DNA of 41,698 nucleotides from Octopus sinensis (taxonomy: Eukaryota), in the NCBI RefSeq assembly GCF_006345805.1, contig NW_021835238.1, positions 1-41,698 of the forward strand, written 5' to 3'. A program made the translations under genes and the position numbers. Positions within the stretch are counted from its first letter, which is position 1. The number at the start of each line of letters is the position of its first letter. The notes beneath the pieces were generated by a model. The model had not been told where the DNA came from. It searched no databases and worked only from the letters and a program-made list of their open reading frames with translations. Positions 1 to 11,195 of this stretch are shown piece by piece.

Positions 1-270
1 ACGCGCACATATACACAAAATACACACACAGGCAGATACATGCATCCATCCATCCATCCATCCATCCATCCATACATACATACATACGTACATACATACA
101 CACATATATGCATACATGTAACTATCTGTCTATGTATGTATGTATGCATGCATGCATGCATGTATGTATATGTATATAAATAGTTCAAATTTACAGAACA
201 AAAAGACGAAGAGAGGTGAGAAAAGAACAAGTTTGACGGTTGGGAAAAATGGAAAAGTCTTTGACATTCC

Positions 271-427
271 AGGAGTGGCTGTGTGGTAAGTAGCTTGTTT
301 ACCAACCACATGGTTCCGGGTTCAGTCCCACTGCGTGGCACCTTGGGCAAGTGTCTTCTACTATAGCCTCGGGCCGACCAATGCCTTGTGAGTGGATTTG
401 GTAGACGGAAACTGAAAGAAGCCCGTC

Positions 428-471
<44 letters not shown>

Positions 472-690
472 AGCGTTGTGTGTTTGTGTGTCTGTGTTTG
501 TCCCCCTCGCATTGCTTGACAACCGATGTTGGTGTGTTTATGTCCCCGTTACTTAGCGGTTCGGCAAAAGATACCGATAGAATAAGTACTGGGTTTACAA
601 AAGAATAAGTCCTGGGGTCGAGTTGCTCGATTAAAGGCGGTGCTCCAGCATGGCCGCAGTCAAATGACTGAAACAAGTAAAAGATTAAAA
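271..690 (+). mobile_element. tRNA-derived SINE family A (head, internal microsatellite, tail), near-intact copy
   Basis: A-box-like TGGCTGTGTGGT, B-box-like GGTTCAGTCCC, CORE-like CCTTGGGCAAGTGTCTT, (TA)n at about 428-475, tail ending GCTCCAGCATGGCCGCAGTCAAATGACTGAAACAAGTAAAAG. About 10 homologous copies occur in the window. Resembles octopus OK/OR SINEs from memory; name not verified. Confidence 0.9.
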
Positions 691-760
691 GATTATATGT
701 GTGTATAACTATATATATATATAAGTGTGTATATGTATGCGCATATATTTATATATATAT

Positions 761-816
<56 letters not shown>

Positions 817-1097
817 ATATACAGAGAGACAGAGAAAGACAGTGTGACAGAGAGAGATAGAAAGAGAGAATGAGAGAGAAAGAGGGAGAGAGAGGGAGAG
901 AGAGAGAGTAGCTGTATGCATAATTCCTCATACATGATTGCTAAGCTAGATTAAATCTGGAATAAAGAATTGGTGAGAACAAATTTAAACTAATTGGTAA
1001 CCTGTTCGCTTATTTCCAGCAAATATTACTATACCTCACAATGCTTATATCTCTGCCGGATCTTATAATTAGAAAACACACACACACATACACACAC

Positions 1098-1132
<35 letters not shown>

Positions 1133-1789
1133 TAAACAGAGAAACATATATCTACCTCGGAATGAAAACACAATTCCAACACACAGGTCTTAGTTTTCTG
1201 TTGTGCTTAGAGGTTTATGCCGCACATTCATACATACATAGGGTTACATATATATATATACACACAAACACACACATCTTTGTATGCATGTATGTAGATA
1301 CACCTTGAATATATAAAATGAAAAATTAACTATTTTGCCCGAGGGGAATTTTGGGATGAAAATAATAACATCCAGTGAAAGAAACTGTGTAAAATAAGAA
1401 ATGAAACATCGAAAGCAAGAAGGTAGGAATGAAAGAAGGGAATGACAAGCGAACGAGAATGAGAGAAAGGGAGAGTAAATTCGAGCGAGTGACTGAGAGA
1501 GGGAGACAGAGAGAGAAAGAGGGAGAGAGGGGGTGTTGTGAAGGTGTTCGTCCAGAATGTAAACTAGCCAACGAAGAAGAAGACATGATGGAAAAGGTCA
1601 GCCATCATTAAGTTATGGAAGGTCATGAGAGGGAAAGGTCTTGACATTTTCTCTTCTTGCAACAGACATGCCTTCAGAGATATATGCAGATGATGTATGT
1701 GTATATGTATGTATGTGTGTGTGTGTGTTGGTGTGTGTGTGCCTGTATATGTGTACTGTGTCGATGTGTGTGTGTGTATTTGTGTGTGG

Positions 1790-2460
1790 ACGTGTATGTG
1801 TGTCCCTCTGTGTGTGTGTGTGTGTGTGACGGTGTCTTTGTATGTATATGTTTCTGTGTGTGTATATATAGGGGACTGTGTCGTTGTATGTGTGAATGCT
1901 TTTTTAGCGTGTGTATGTTTGTCTATAAATGTGTGTGCATGTGTGTGTATGTGTGACTGTATCATTGTGCGTACGTAGGCATGTGCGTGTGCGTATGTTT
2001 ATGTGTGTATAAATGTGTATGTGTCCCTGTGTGTATGTGTGTGTGTGACGGTGTCTTTGTATGTATATATTTCTGTGTGTGTATATATAGGGGACTGTGT
2101 CGTTGTATGTGTGAATGCTTTTTAGCGTGTGTATGTTTGTCTATAAATGTGTGTGCATGTGTGTGTATGTGTGACTGTATCATTGTGCGTACGTAGGCAT
2201 GTGCGTGTGCGTATGTTTATGTGTGTATAAATGTGTATGTGTCCCTGTGTGTGTGTGTGTGACGGTGTCTTTGTATGTATATGTTTCTGTGTGTGTATAT
2301 ATAGGGGACTGTGTCGTTGTATGTGTGAATGCTTTTTAGCGTGTGTATGTTTGTCTATAAATGTGTGTGCATGTGTGTGTGTATGTGTGACTGTCTCATT
2401 GTGTCTGTATATGTGCGTACGTAGGCATGTGCGTGTGCGTATGTTTACGTGTGTGTAAAT
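1790..2460. repeat. Tandem repeat, 3 units of about 215-220 bp built from degenerate (TG)n
   Basis: Anchor GACGGTGTCTTTGTATG recurs at 1828, 2047 and 2261; units are near-identical. Confidence 0.9.
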
Positions 2461-2689
2461 GTGTATGTGTATCTGTAGCTGTATGCATATGCGTTATTTT
2501 GAATGTGTATGCGTAGCCGTTTCTCAGACTGTATGTGTGTGTGTGTTTGCGTGTTTGTCTCGATGTACCGCTGTGTGTGTCTATATGTGTATGTGTGTCT
2601 GTTTGTGTGTGTGTGTACCTGTATATCTATGTGTGTCGATTTACGTTTGTGTCAATATGTCTGTGTGTCTGTCTACGCATGTTTTATGG

Positions 2690-2945
2690 CGGTGAATTGG
2701 CACATTTGGCCAGGATGTTTTGTGCTATTTGTTCCACCTTTCTTCATCCTGAGTTCGAATCTCGCCGCGGTCAACTTTGCCTTTCATTTTTCCGGAGACA
2801 TCAAGCAAGGAAAAAAGAAAAGAAAACACAACCCCGCCACCATCCAGTAATAGATTGGCAAAATTGTAAGAAAAATGTCAGGCAGGACGACATCTTGGTG
2901 GTCTGGGCTGGCTTCCCTCCGTTCTGAGTTCAAATACCATCGAGC
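2690..2945 (+). mobile_element. Degenerate SINE family B fragments
   Basis: CTGAGTTCGAATCTCGCCGCGGTCAACTTTGCCTTTCAT (2749-2787) and TTCTGAGTTCAAATACC (about 2922-2938) match the family B copy at 11675. Confidence 0.6.
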
Positions 2946-3019
2946 AATCCTTATCCCACAAAAGGCTTCAGTTAATTTCTCGATGGCGGACAACAACCGA
3001 TTATGAAAAGTACAATGGA

Positions 3020-3043
3020 TGGATGATGATAATGATGATGATA

Positions 3044-3089
<46 letters not shown>

Positions 3090-3950
3090 CGATGATGGTG
3101 ATTATGATAATGATGGTGATGATGATGACGATGATGGTGATGATAGTGATGATGATGGTGACTGCGTGAGTTTTAAAATTAGCCTGAAACCACGTAACTG
3201 TATGTGGGTGTGTATTAGACGTTGTGTCTTTTGCTGTGTGTTTCGTATTTCCCTTGAACAGCACCAGGAGCAGCACCTAGGAGAACTGTCGTCGCGCTTA
3301 TCATCATCATCATCATCATCATCATTGCCGTCGTCGTCATTGTTGCCATCATCATTATCATCAGTATGGTCGTGCTGGTAGTGATCGTCATCATCCTTAT
3401 CTTCAACGTTACCTCACCCCCAAACCACTACAACCACCATCAACATTATCACAAAGCGACAACCACCACCATCACCACCACCGCCGCCTCCACCACCACC
3501 ACCACCGCCTCCACCACCACCACCACCACCACACCACCGACCACCAGCATTGCCTCCTCCGCCGACTCCGCCCTCTTCAACAGTAAAGGCAGGTCTGCGC
3601 AAAATTCAGTCTCCCTTTGATAATGGGTGCCAACAGCAACTGTTAGCATCTTCGGCTATTATCAACGTCTCCTTCACCCTCGACGTGGTGGCCGTCGTTC
3701 TCGTCTTCGTCGTCGCCATTATCATCCTCCTTCACCTTCTTCTCCCCCCCCCCTCATCATCAACATTGTCGTGATAATCATGTGCAGCCACGTCCTCGTG
3801 CTCGTGATCATCATCATCATCATCATTATAATCACCACCACAACCATAAATATCATCACCATCAATATCATCATCATCATCATCATCATCGTCAACATCA
3901 TGATTATCAGGTTGCTGACGATGATCACCATCATTGTTATCACCGTGCCC

Positions 3951-3982
<32 letters not shown>
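3020..3982. repeat. Compound triplet microsatellite field (GAT)n/(TCA)n/(CAC)n/(CAA)n
   Basis: Direct reading; explains all poly-D/S/T/I/M ORFs here. Confidence 0.95.
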
Positions 3983-4387
3983 CCTACCTATCTTCCAAAG
4001 AATATGGATTCATCAACAGACAAAAGTTCAATAGAAATATCTTCCATAAATCCTGTGCAAGTGTGAATGGGCGACATTTCGGGTTATGGTCGCCATGTCA
4101 CTTACAAAACTGCGTTTAGGTTTCAATCGTAAAATATATAAAGACACCATTTTATAAACATGTGATTTATGTGTCTGAGTCATTGTGGCTTAATAGAATA
4201 ATATCAAATCTGTATACATACATACACACACACACATACACACACACACACACACACCACCACACACATATATATATATATGTATTGTGTGCATGTACAT
4301 GTATGTATATATATATATGTATATGTGTACATATATATATATATATACGTATATTATATATTATATTATATATATATATATAATATA

Positions 4388-4432
<45 letters not shown>

Positions 4433-4435
4433 CGC

Positions 4436-4635
4436 AGGAGTGGCTGTGTGGTAAGTAGCTAGCTTACCAATCGGGTTCAGTCTCACTGCCTGGCACCTTG
4501 GACAAGTGCATTGTACTATAGCCTTGGGTTGACCAAATCCTTGTGAGTGGATTAGGTAGACGGAAACTGAAAGAAGCTCGTCGTATATATATATAATATA
4601 TATAATATATATATATTATATATATATATATATAT

Positions 4636-4719
<84 letters not shown>

Positions 4720-4937
4720 TGTGTGTGTGTGTGTGTGTGTGAGAGAGAGTGCATGTTTGTGTGAACCGCTAGGTTACGTGGAGGTCCCCGTACCTTAGTG
4801 GTTCAGCAATAGAAACCGATAGAATAAGTACTAGGCTGAGAAAGAATAACTCCTGGGGCCGATTTGTTCGACTGAAGGCGCTGCTCCAGCATAGCCGCAG
4901 TCAAATGATTGAAACAAATAAACGAATAAAAGAATAA
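4436..4937 (+). mobile_element. SINE family A copy with expanded internal (TA)n/(TG)n
   Basis: Head AGGAGTGGCTGTGTGGTAAG at 4436, tail GCTCCAGCATAGCCGCAGTCAAATGATTGAAAC; homologous to 271-690. Confidence 0.85.
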
Positions 4938-5030
4938 TGGAATATATATATATATGTGTGTGTGTGTGTGGGTCATCTGCGGGGTAATGCAGCTGGCCAT
5001 TCAACATACTACTATCATGGCACTCCCACA

Positions 5031-5117
5031 TTCTTCTTCTTCTTCTTCTTCTTCTTCTTCTTCTTCTTCTTCTTCTTCTTCTTCTTCTTCTTCTTCTTCT
5101 TCTTCTTCTTCTTCTTC
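5031..5117. repeat. (TTC)n microsatellite
   Basis: Direct reading. Confidence 0.97.
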
Positions 5118-5239
5118 CCTACCAAGAATTCACAACGACCTGGAACCCACAAGAGTAAACAAGAAAGACAGAGACAGGCAGAAACAAGGAAATTTCCACT
5201 TCTTTTCTTTTTATTTTTCTAAATTTAATTAATTAATTG

Positions 5240-5281
5240 TTACAGTTGAAAAAGTCTCAATGACTGAAACCGGTACTGAAA
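5240..5281 (+). ncRNA. Decayed minimal type I hammerhead ribozyme motif (Penelope-type)
   Basis: TTACAG-TTGAAAA-AGTC-TCAAT-GACT-GAA-ACCGGT-A-CTGAAA: stem I 5/6 pairs, core 5/7 of CTGANGA, 4-bp stem II, palindromic stem III, GUA triplet. Confidence 0.5.
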
Positions 5282-5400
5282 TGTTTTTTATAAAATTATT
5301 TTAGCATTTTCTATCTTGACTTTTTTTCCATATATATATATATATATACATATATACATACCCAAAAATCATATTTTTATATTTATATTTGTACCCAACC

Positions 5401-5477
5401 GGCTTCTTTCAGTTTCCGTTTACCAAATCCACTCACAAGGCTTTGTGTGGGCCGAGGCTATAATAGAAACACTTGCC
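5401..5477 (-). mobile_element. SINE family A fragment
   Basis: GGCTTCTTTCAGTTTCCGTTTACCAAATCCACTCACAAGGC is the reverse complement of the family A body. Confidence 0.8.
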
Positions 5478-6005
5478 GAACGTGCACTTCCTCAATGAAT
5501 TTTGATGGTGTAAGGTCAGGAAGAAAACTTCTTTTCGGTATTAGAGTTCATTATCTGATTTAACAAATCAGGCGCCCTTAAAGGGTCTTTTTAATGACAT
5601 CCGGTGGTGCAATGATATAACATATTAAAATCATATACTGTGACTAAGCTCAAACTAACGATATATTTCTACCCATTCCAACATGTGCACACACAATTTA
5701 TCAAAACAAATCTAGTTTCGCCACACACTCCCCCTTCTCCTTTCTTATTACCATTCCTTTCTCTCTCTACATCACCTTCAGTTCTTCCCTACCAAATATA
5801 TAACTCAATGAACCATTTCACTGATGAAATGTCATAAAGTTGCTTCAGTTAAAACATTCGTTACTTCGAAATTTAATACCATATCGTCTCCAGAAAGAAA
5901 CGCATGAACTTAAACCCACATGGTGCCAATGGATATAGCGGATTCTAATGTAATCACCCTGGTAATACAGACTATGGTCATAAGAAACATGTGACTCGTT
6001 GAAAC

Positions 6006-6048
6006 GCGCGTAGTGGTGCGTTAAATTATCAATAAATTTCACCAATAG

Positions 6049-6147
<99 letters not shown>

Positions 6148-6226
6148 TTACTACTACAACACACACATATATATATATATGTATCTATGCATATATATAT
6201 GTATATATTTTTCCATATATATGTAC

Positions 6227-6261
<35 letters not shown>

Positions 6262-6327
6262 GGCGCGTAGTGATGCATTACATTATTAATTCCACCAATA
6301 CTACTACTACTACTACTACTACTGTCA

Positions 6328-6363
<36 letters not shown>

Positions 6364-6460
6364 ACAGACACACACACACACATATATATGTATCTATGCA
6401 TATATATACATATATGTATATATATTTCCATATATATGTACATACATACATATATATATA
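6006..6460. repeat. Tandem duplication of a roughly 257-bp unit containing (CTA)n and (TA)/(TACA)n
   Basis: GCGCGTAGTG...CACCAATA-(CTA)n...GTATCTATGCATATA...TTTCCATATATATGTACATAC begins at 6006 and again at 6263. Confidence 0.8.
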
Positions 6461-6934
6461 TCTATTTCTATCTATCTATCTATATATATATATATATACA
6501 CATATATATATATGCATACATATATATATATACAGACATATACATATATATATATATATATATACATACACACATATATATGTATATATAATATGCCTAT
6601 GTATATACATATATGTAGTAATGTATATAAGTGTGTGTTTGTATGTATCTATCTATCTCTCAATCTCTCTGTAATTGAATTGAACACGAAATAGAAACCA
6701 AGTTTTGATATTCTTAATATTTCATTAAGTACGCTTCGATAATCGATTACGTTAGAATGATAAATAACCAGTCAAATCGAGCATAAATCTTTTCCTATCG
6801 TGACCAGTTTCGTTTCTCGACCTTTCGGGATAAAATTCGGTAGCAGTTTAATTACTGGGGTTAATATAGACTGACACTATCCACCCATAATTACTGCCAT
6901 TATGCTTAAATTTGAAACCAAAATGTATAGCAAT

Positions 6935-7657
<723 letters not shown>

Positions 7658-7670
7658 AACAACAACAATG

Positions 7671-7730
<60 letters not shown>

Positions 7731-7731
<1 letters not shown>

Positions 7732-8120
7732 GGATGGAAGCACTCCGTCGGTTACGACGATGAGGGTTCCGGTTGATCCGAATCAACGGAACAGCCTGCT
7801 CGTAAAATTAACGTGTAAGTGGCTGAGCACTCCACAGACACGTTCACCCTTAACGTAGTTCTCGGGGATATTCAGCGTGACACAGAGAGTGACAAGGCCG
7901 GCCCCTTGAAATACAGGTACAACAGAAACAGGAAGTAAGAGTGAGAGAAAGTTGTGGTGAAAGAGTACAGCAGGGATCACCACCATCCCCTGCCGGAGCC
8001 TCGTGGAGCTTTTAGGTGTTTTCGCTCAAAAAACACTCACAACGCCCGGTCTGGGAATCGAAACCGCGATCCTATGACCGCGAGTCCGCTGCCCTAACCA
8101 CTGGGCCATTGCGCCTCCAC
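7731..8120 (-). mobile_element. tRNA-derived SINE family C, full length, inserted in (AAT)n
   Basis: Minus strand begins GGCGCAATGGCCCAGTGGTTAGGGCAGCGG...GTTTCGATTCCCAGACCGGGCG (A and B boxes); body homologous to 25892-26175 and 31113-31400. Confidence 0.85.
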
Positions 8121-8199
<79 letters not shown>

Positions 8200-8228
8200 G
8201 AAGAAGAAGAAGAAGAAGAAGAAGAAAC

Positions 8229-9350
8229 TATGAAGGAGAGCAAAATATTTTCAAGTGAGTTTATGCATAATACCCAGGTTGAACAACATGAGGGAAGTGC
8301 AGGAACTGTAGTTGCAAAGAAGGTCAAGTCAATAGCAAAGCAAAATGCGCCTTGAACAATTGGCTGGTAGGTGAGAACAAAACCCTTTGCATGACAAATA
8401 TGTGGTCCGTAGCAAACATGCTGATGTAGACAGAAGCACACCTATCAGTGGTTACGGAGCTCTGGGCCAAATGCAGAGAGTGAAGGCTTTATCTTGGCTG
8501 CCCAAGATCAGAGCTTATTGACCCGGAACTATCAAGCAAATGTGATGAACAATGCCAACACTGCAACGATGGGATAGAAACAGTGGACTACCTAATCTCT
8601 GGGTGTAAGGTTTTAGCAGCTATAGAGTACAAATCAAAACATGACAGAGTTGGCCAATATCTTCACTGGATAATGAGTCGGCATTATAGAATCAAACCTG
8701 CTGACAAATGGTACAAGCACCACTCTGACTAACTGAGAGAGAAAATGTAGCTATTCTTTGGGACTTCCCAGTATGTACAGGTCGGACCATCAAGGCAAAT
8801 AAACCAGATATTGTTGTGAAAGACCAAAACAATAAAGTCTGTTTATTGATTGACATGAGCATACCATGTGACCATAATATGTCGGCAAAAGAATTTGATA
8901 AGCTCAGAAAATATCAAGATTTGCTGATTGAAATCGAAAAATGTGGCATCTCAAGACGGTTACAATACCAGTGATTGTAGGAGCACTTGGAATGATAAAA
9001 AAAGGGAACTGAAAATTATTTAAGAATGATCCCTGGCTTGGCATCCGTGCAGGAAGTGTCTTAACTGGTTCGTCACACGTATTGCGAAAAGCATTTTCGA
9101 TGTGAATTTTTTCTTTCCCGTTTTCCCCTTTATTTTCTTTATTTGTTTTTCAAAATTTTTCTCTCTGTCTTTCTTCTCCTTTTTCTTTATCAGATGACTT
9201 TTTAAATGAACGATTTGGTGTGTTTATTTGAACGGCTTACCAACTTATACAGTGCGTTCCCCTGCCCTAGGTGTCAGGAAGACACTCGGCAAGAAATGGA
9301 CAGAATTGAAAAGAGATGATAATGAAAATAATAATGATAATAATAATAAG
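8229..9350 (+). mobile_element. 5'-truncated, frameshifted R4/Dong-like LINE (thumb, decayed zinc knuckle, RLE, 3' UTR)
   Basis: EGFILAAQDQSLLTRNYQ, YLISGC, HDRVGQYLHW, ANKPDIVVKD..CLLIDMSIP, IPVIVGALGMI; AAT-rich tail at 9316-9350. Confidence 0.9.
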
Positions 9351-9357
9351 AAGAATA

Positions 9358-9576
9358 GCTTCATATTTTGGCGCAAGGCCAGCAGTATTAGCAGGAGTAA
9401 GTTAGTCGATTCCAATGCAACCCCGTCACCAATGCCTAACTGATACTTATTTTCTTGAACCTGAAACGGTGGAAGGCGAAGTTGACGTCGGTGGAGTTTG
9501 AACTCAGAATGGAAAGACGGATGAAATGCTGCTCAACATTTTGCTCGGTTTTCTACCGATTCCACCACCTCCTCGC
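9358..9576 (-). mobile_element. Degenerate SINE family B
   Basis: Reverse complement gives TTCTGAGTTCAAACTCCACCGACGTCAACTTCGCCTT and tail CTGGCCTTGCGCCAAAATATGA, matching 11675 and 26484. Confidence 0.7.
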
Positions 9577-9604
9577 TTTATTGCTCATAATGGTATTTAT
9601 CTGT

Positions 9605-10012
9605 TACTTGTTTCCATCATTAGACTGCAGCCATGCTGGAGCATCGGCCTACAACATTTTTGAGTCAAATGAATAAACTGCAGTAGTTAATTCTGTTAAT
9701 TATTTTATAATTCTCTTTTACCGAACCGCGAAGAATGTCGACACACCAACATCGGTTGTGAAGCGGTGGTGGGGGACAAACACAGGTACAAACACGTGCA
9801 CACACATACGCATACACAAACACAGAATATATGTATGCACATATATACATCGGGCTTCTTTCAGTTTCTGTCTACCAAATCTACTCACAAAGCTTTGGTC
9901 GACTCGAGGTTAGAGTAGAAGACACTTGCCCAAGGTGCCACGCAGTCGAACTAAACCTGGAACCATGTGGTTGCGAAGCAAGCTTCTTACCACAGAGCCA
10001 CGCCTGCGCCTA
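9605..10012 (-). mobile_element. SINE family A copy
   Basis: Head reverse complement ends ACCACAGAGCCACGCCTGCGCCTA at 10012; tail GACTGCAGCCATGCTGGAGC near 9625. Confidence 0.85.
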
Positions 10013-10963
10013 CGATGACGATAATAGTAGTAGTAGTACTGGTAGTAGCGATATTAGTACTAGTACTGGTAGTAGCTATTGTCGTCATTCGTCGTATTTA
10101 TAAAATAACAAAAAGAGCGACAAATTTATAAGAATCAGAAAAAGAACAAAAACATAAATAAAGCGTCCTAATAAACAAGATGGCGGCATGAAGAAAGGAA
10201 ATAAACTGTCTAAGTCCAGCTACCATATTTCGCTTGATTGTAGTGGTTTGTCTTGTGTTGTTATCGTATTTTTTTTTATATCCATCAACTTCGATTTGTT
10301 ATAGTGTACGAGTATCCTTAACCAATAAATACAGAAATAACTAAATAAATACATAAATACATACATAAAGAAATGCTGGGAGATTCCACCATTTTGTTTA
10401 TCAGAGTCTTGTTTGTTTTTTATGTTTTACAGCTACATTTGGATTCCTTTTGTTTTTGAAAATAGATAAAATGCCTCGGAGGGACATCTTATATAATGAG
10501 ATAAATCTAGTGTGTTCAGAAATCACACAAGAAAGGGGAAAAAATCTAAATAAATATATAAATAAATAGGTAAAAATAGCAGCATTATCCTTCCTCCTCG
10601 TTCGAAAATAATATCAAAAGTAACATGCGCGCGCGCAGGCACACTCACAGACATACACACGCACGCACACAAACAGATCTGAGACTTAAGAAAAAAACGG
10701 AAAAAAATAGTCAAGGCCTTTCTGTAGAGGTTTTAAGTAGAATCTATGTTGTTCAAAGTAAATGTATTTTTCTTGTTTTTTTCAAAAATGCAAAAAAACA
10801 AACTGACTAAAAGAAAAAAAAAAATACGAAAAGAAACGAAATGGAAATCAGGCTCTGCCGTCTTGGACCAGTTCTGAAGAATTTTCTTGTTTATTGTTTA
10901 TGAAGAATGGTTTTTTCAAAAGAAGAAATTTTATGAAATTTAATCTCAATTTTTGTTTTCAGG

Positions 10964-10995
<32 letters not shown>

Positions 10996-11072
10996 CGTCA
11001 TTTCTTCCGGTACTTTGGGCCCTGCTGTTGTCAATTATTCCTTCCATCCTTCCGGTGAAGGGGATGTATATT

Positions 11073-11074
<2 letters not shown>

Positions 11075-11106
<32 letters not shown>

Positions 11107-11129
11107 TATTATTATTATTATTATTATTA

Positions 11130-11160
<31 letters not shown>

Positions 11161-11195
11161 GTTGTTGTTGTTGTTATTGCTATTATTGCTATTAT
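11075..11195. repeat. (ATC)n(ATT)n(GTT)n compound microsatellite (3' tail or target of the adjacent LINE)
   Basis: Direct reading. Confidence 0.95.

Noticed and set aside
299-676. Recurrent ORFs containing LLSVSVYQIHSQG...EDTCPRCHAVGLNPEPCGW
   Set aside because: Antisense translation of SINE family A, repeated at every copy.
1790-2460. CRISPR-like array
   Set aside because: Whole units are duplicated with no unique spacers, the context is eukaryotic and there are no cas genes.
5821-5875. CTGATGA followed by an AATGT/ACATT stem (hammerhead?)
   Set aside because: The stem is followed by CGTTAC rather than GAAA, G10.1 is missing and stem I is out of register.
8050-8120. tRNA gene calls at SINE heads
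   Set aside because: A and B boxes are present, but they continue into SINE bodies and lack a proper cloverleaf and terminator.
10175-10186. Isolated YY1-like motif CAAGATGGCGGC
   Set aside because: A single short motif without CpG-rich or promoter context; not supportable alone.
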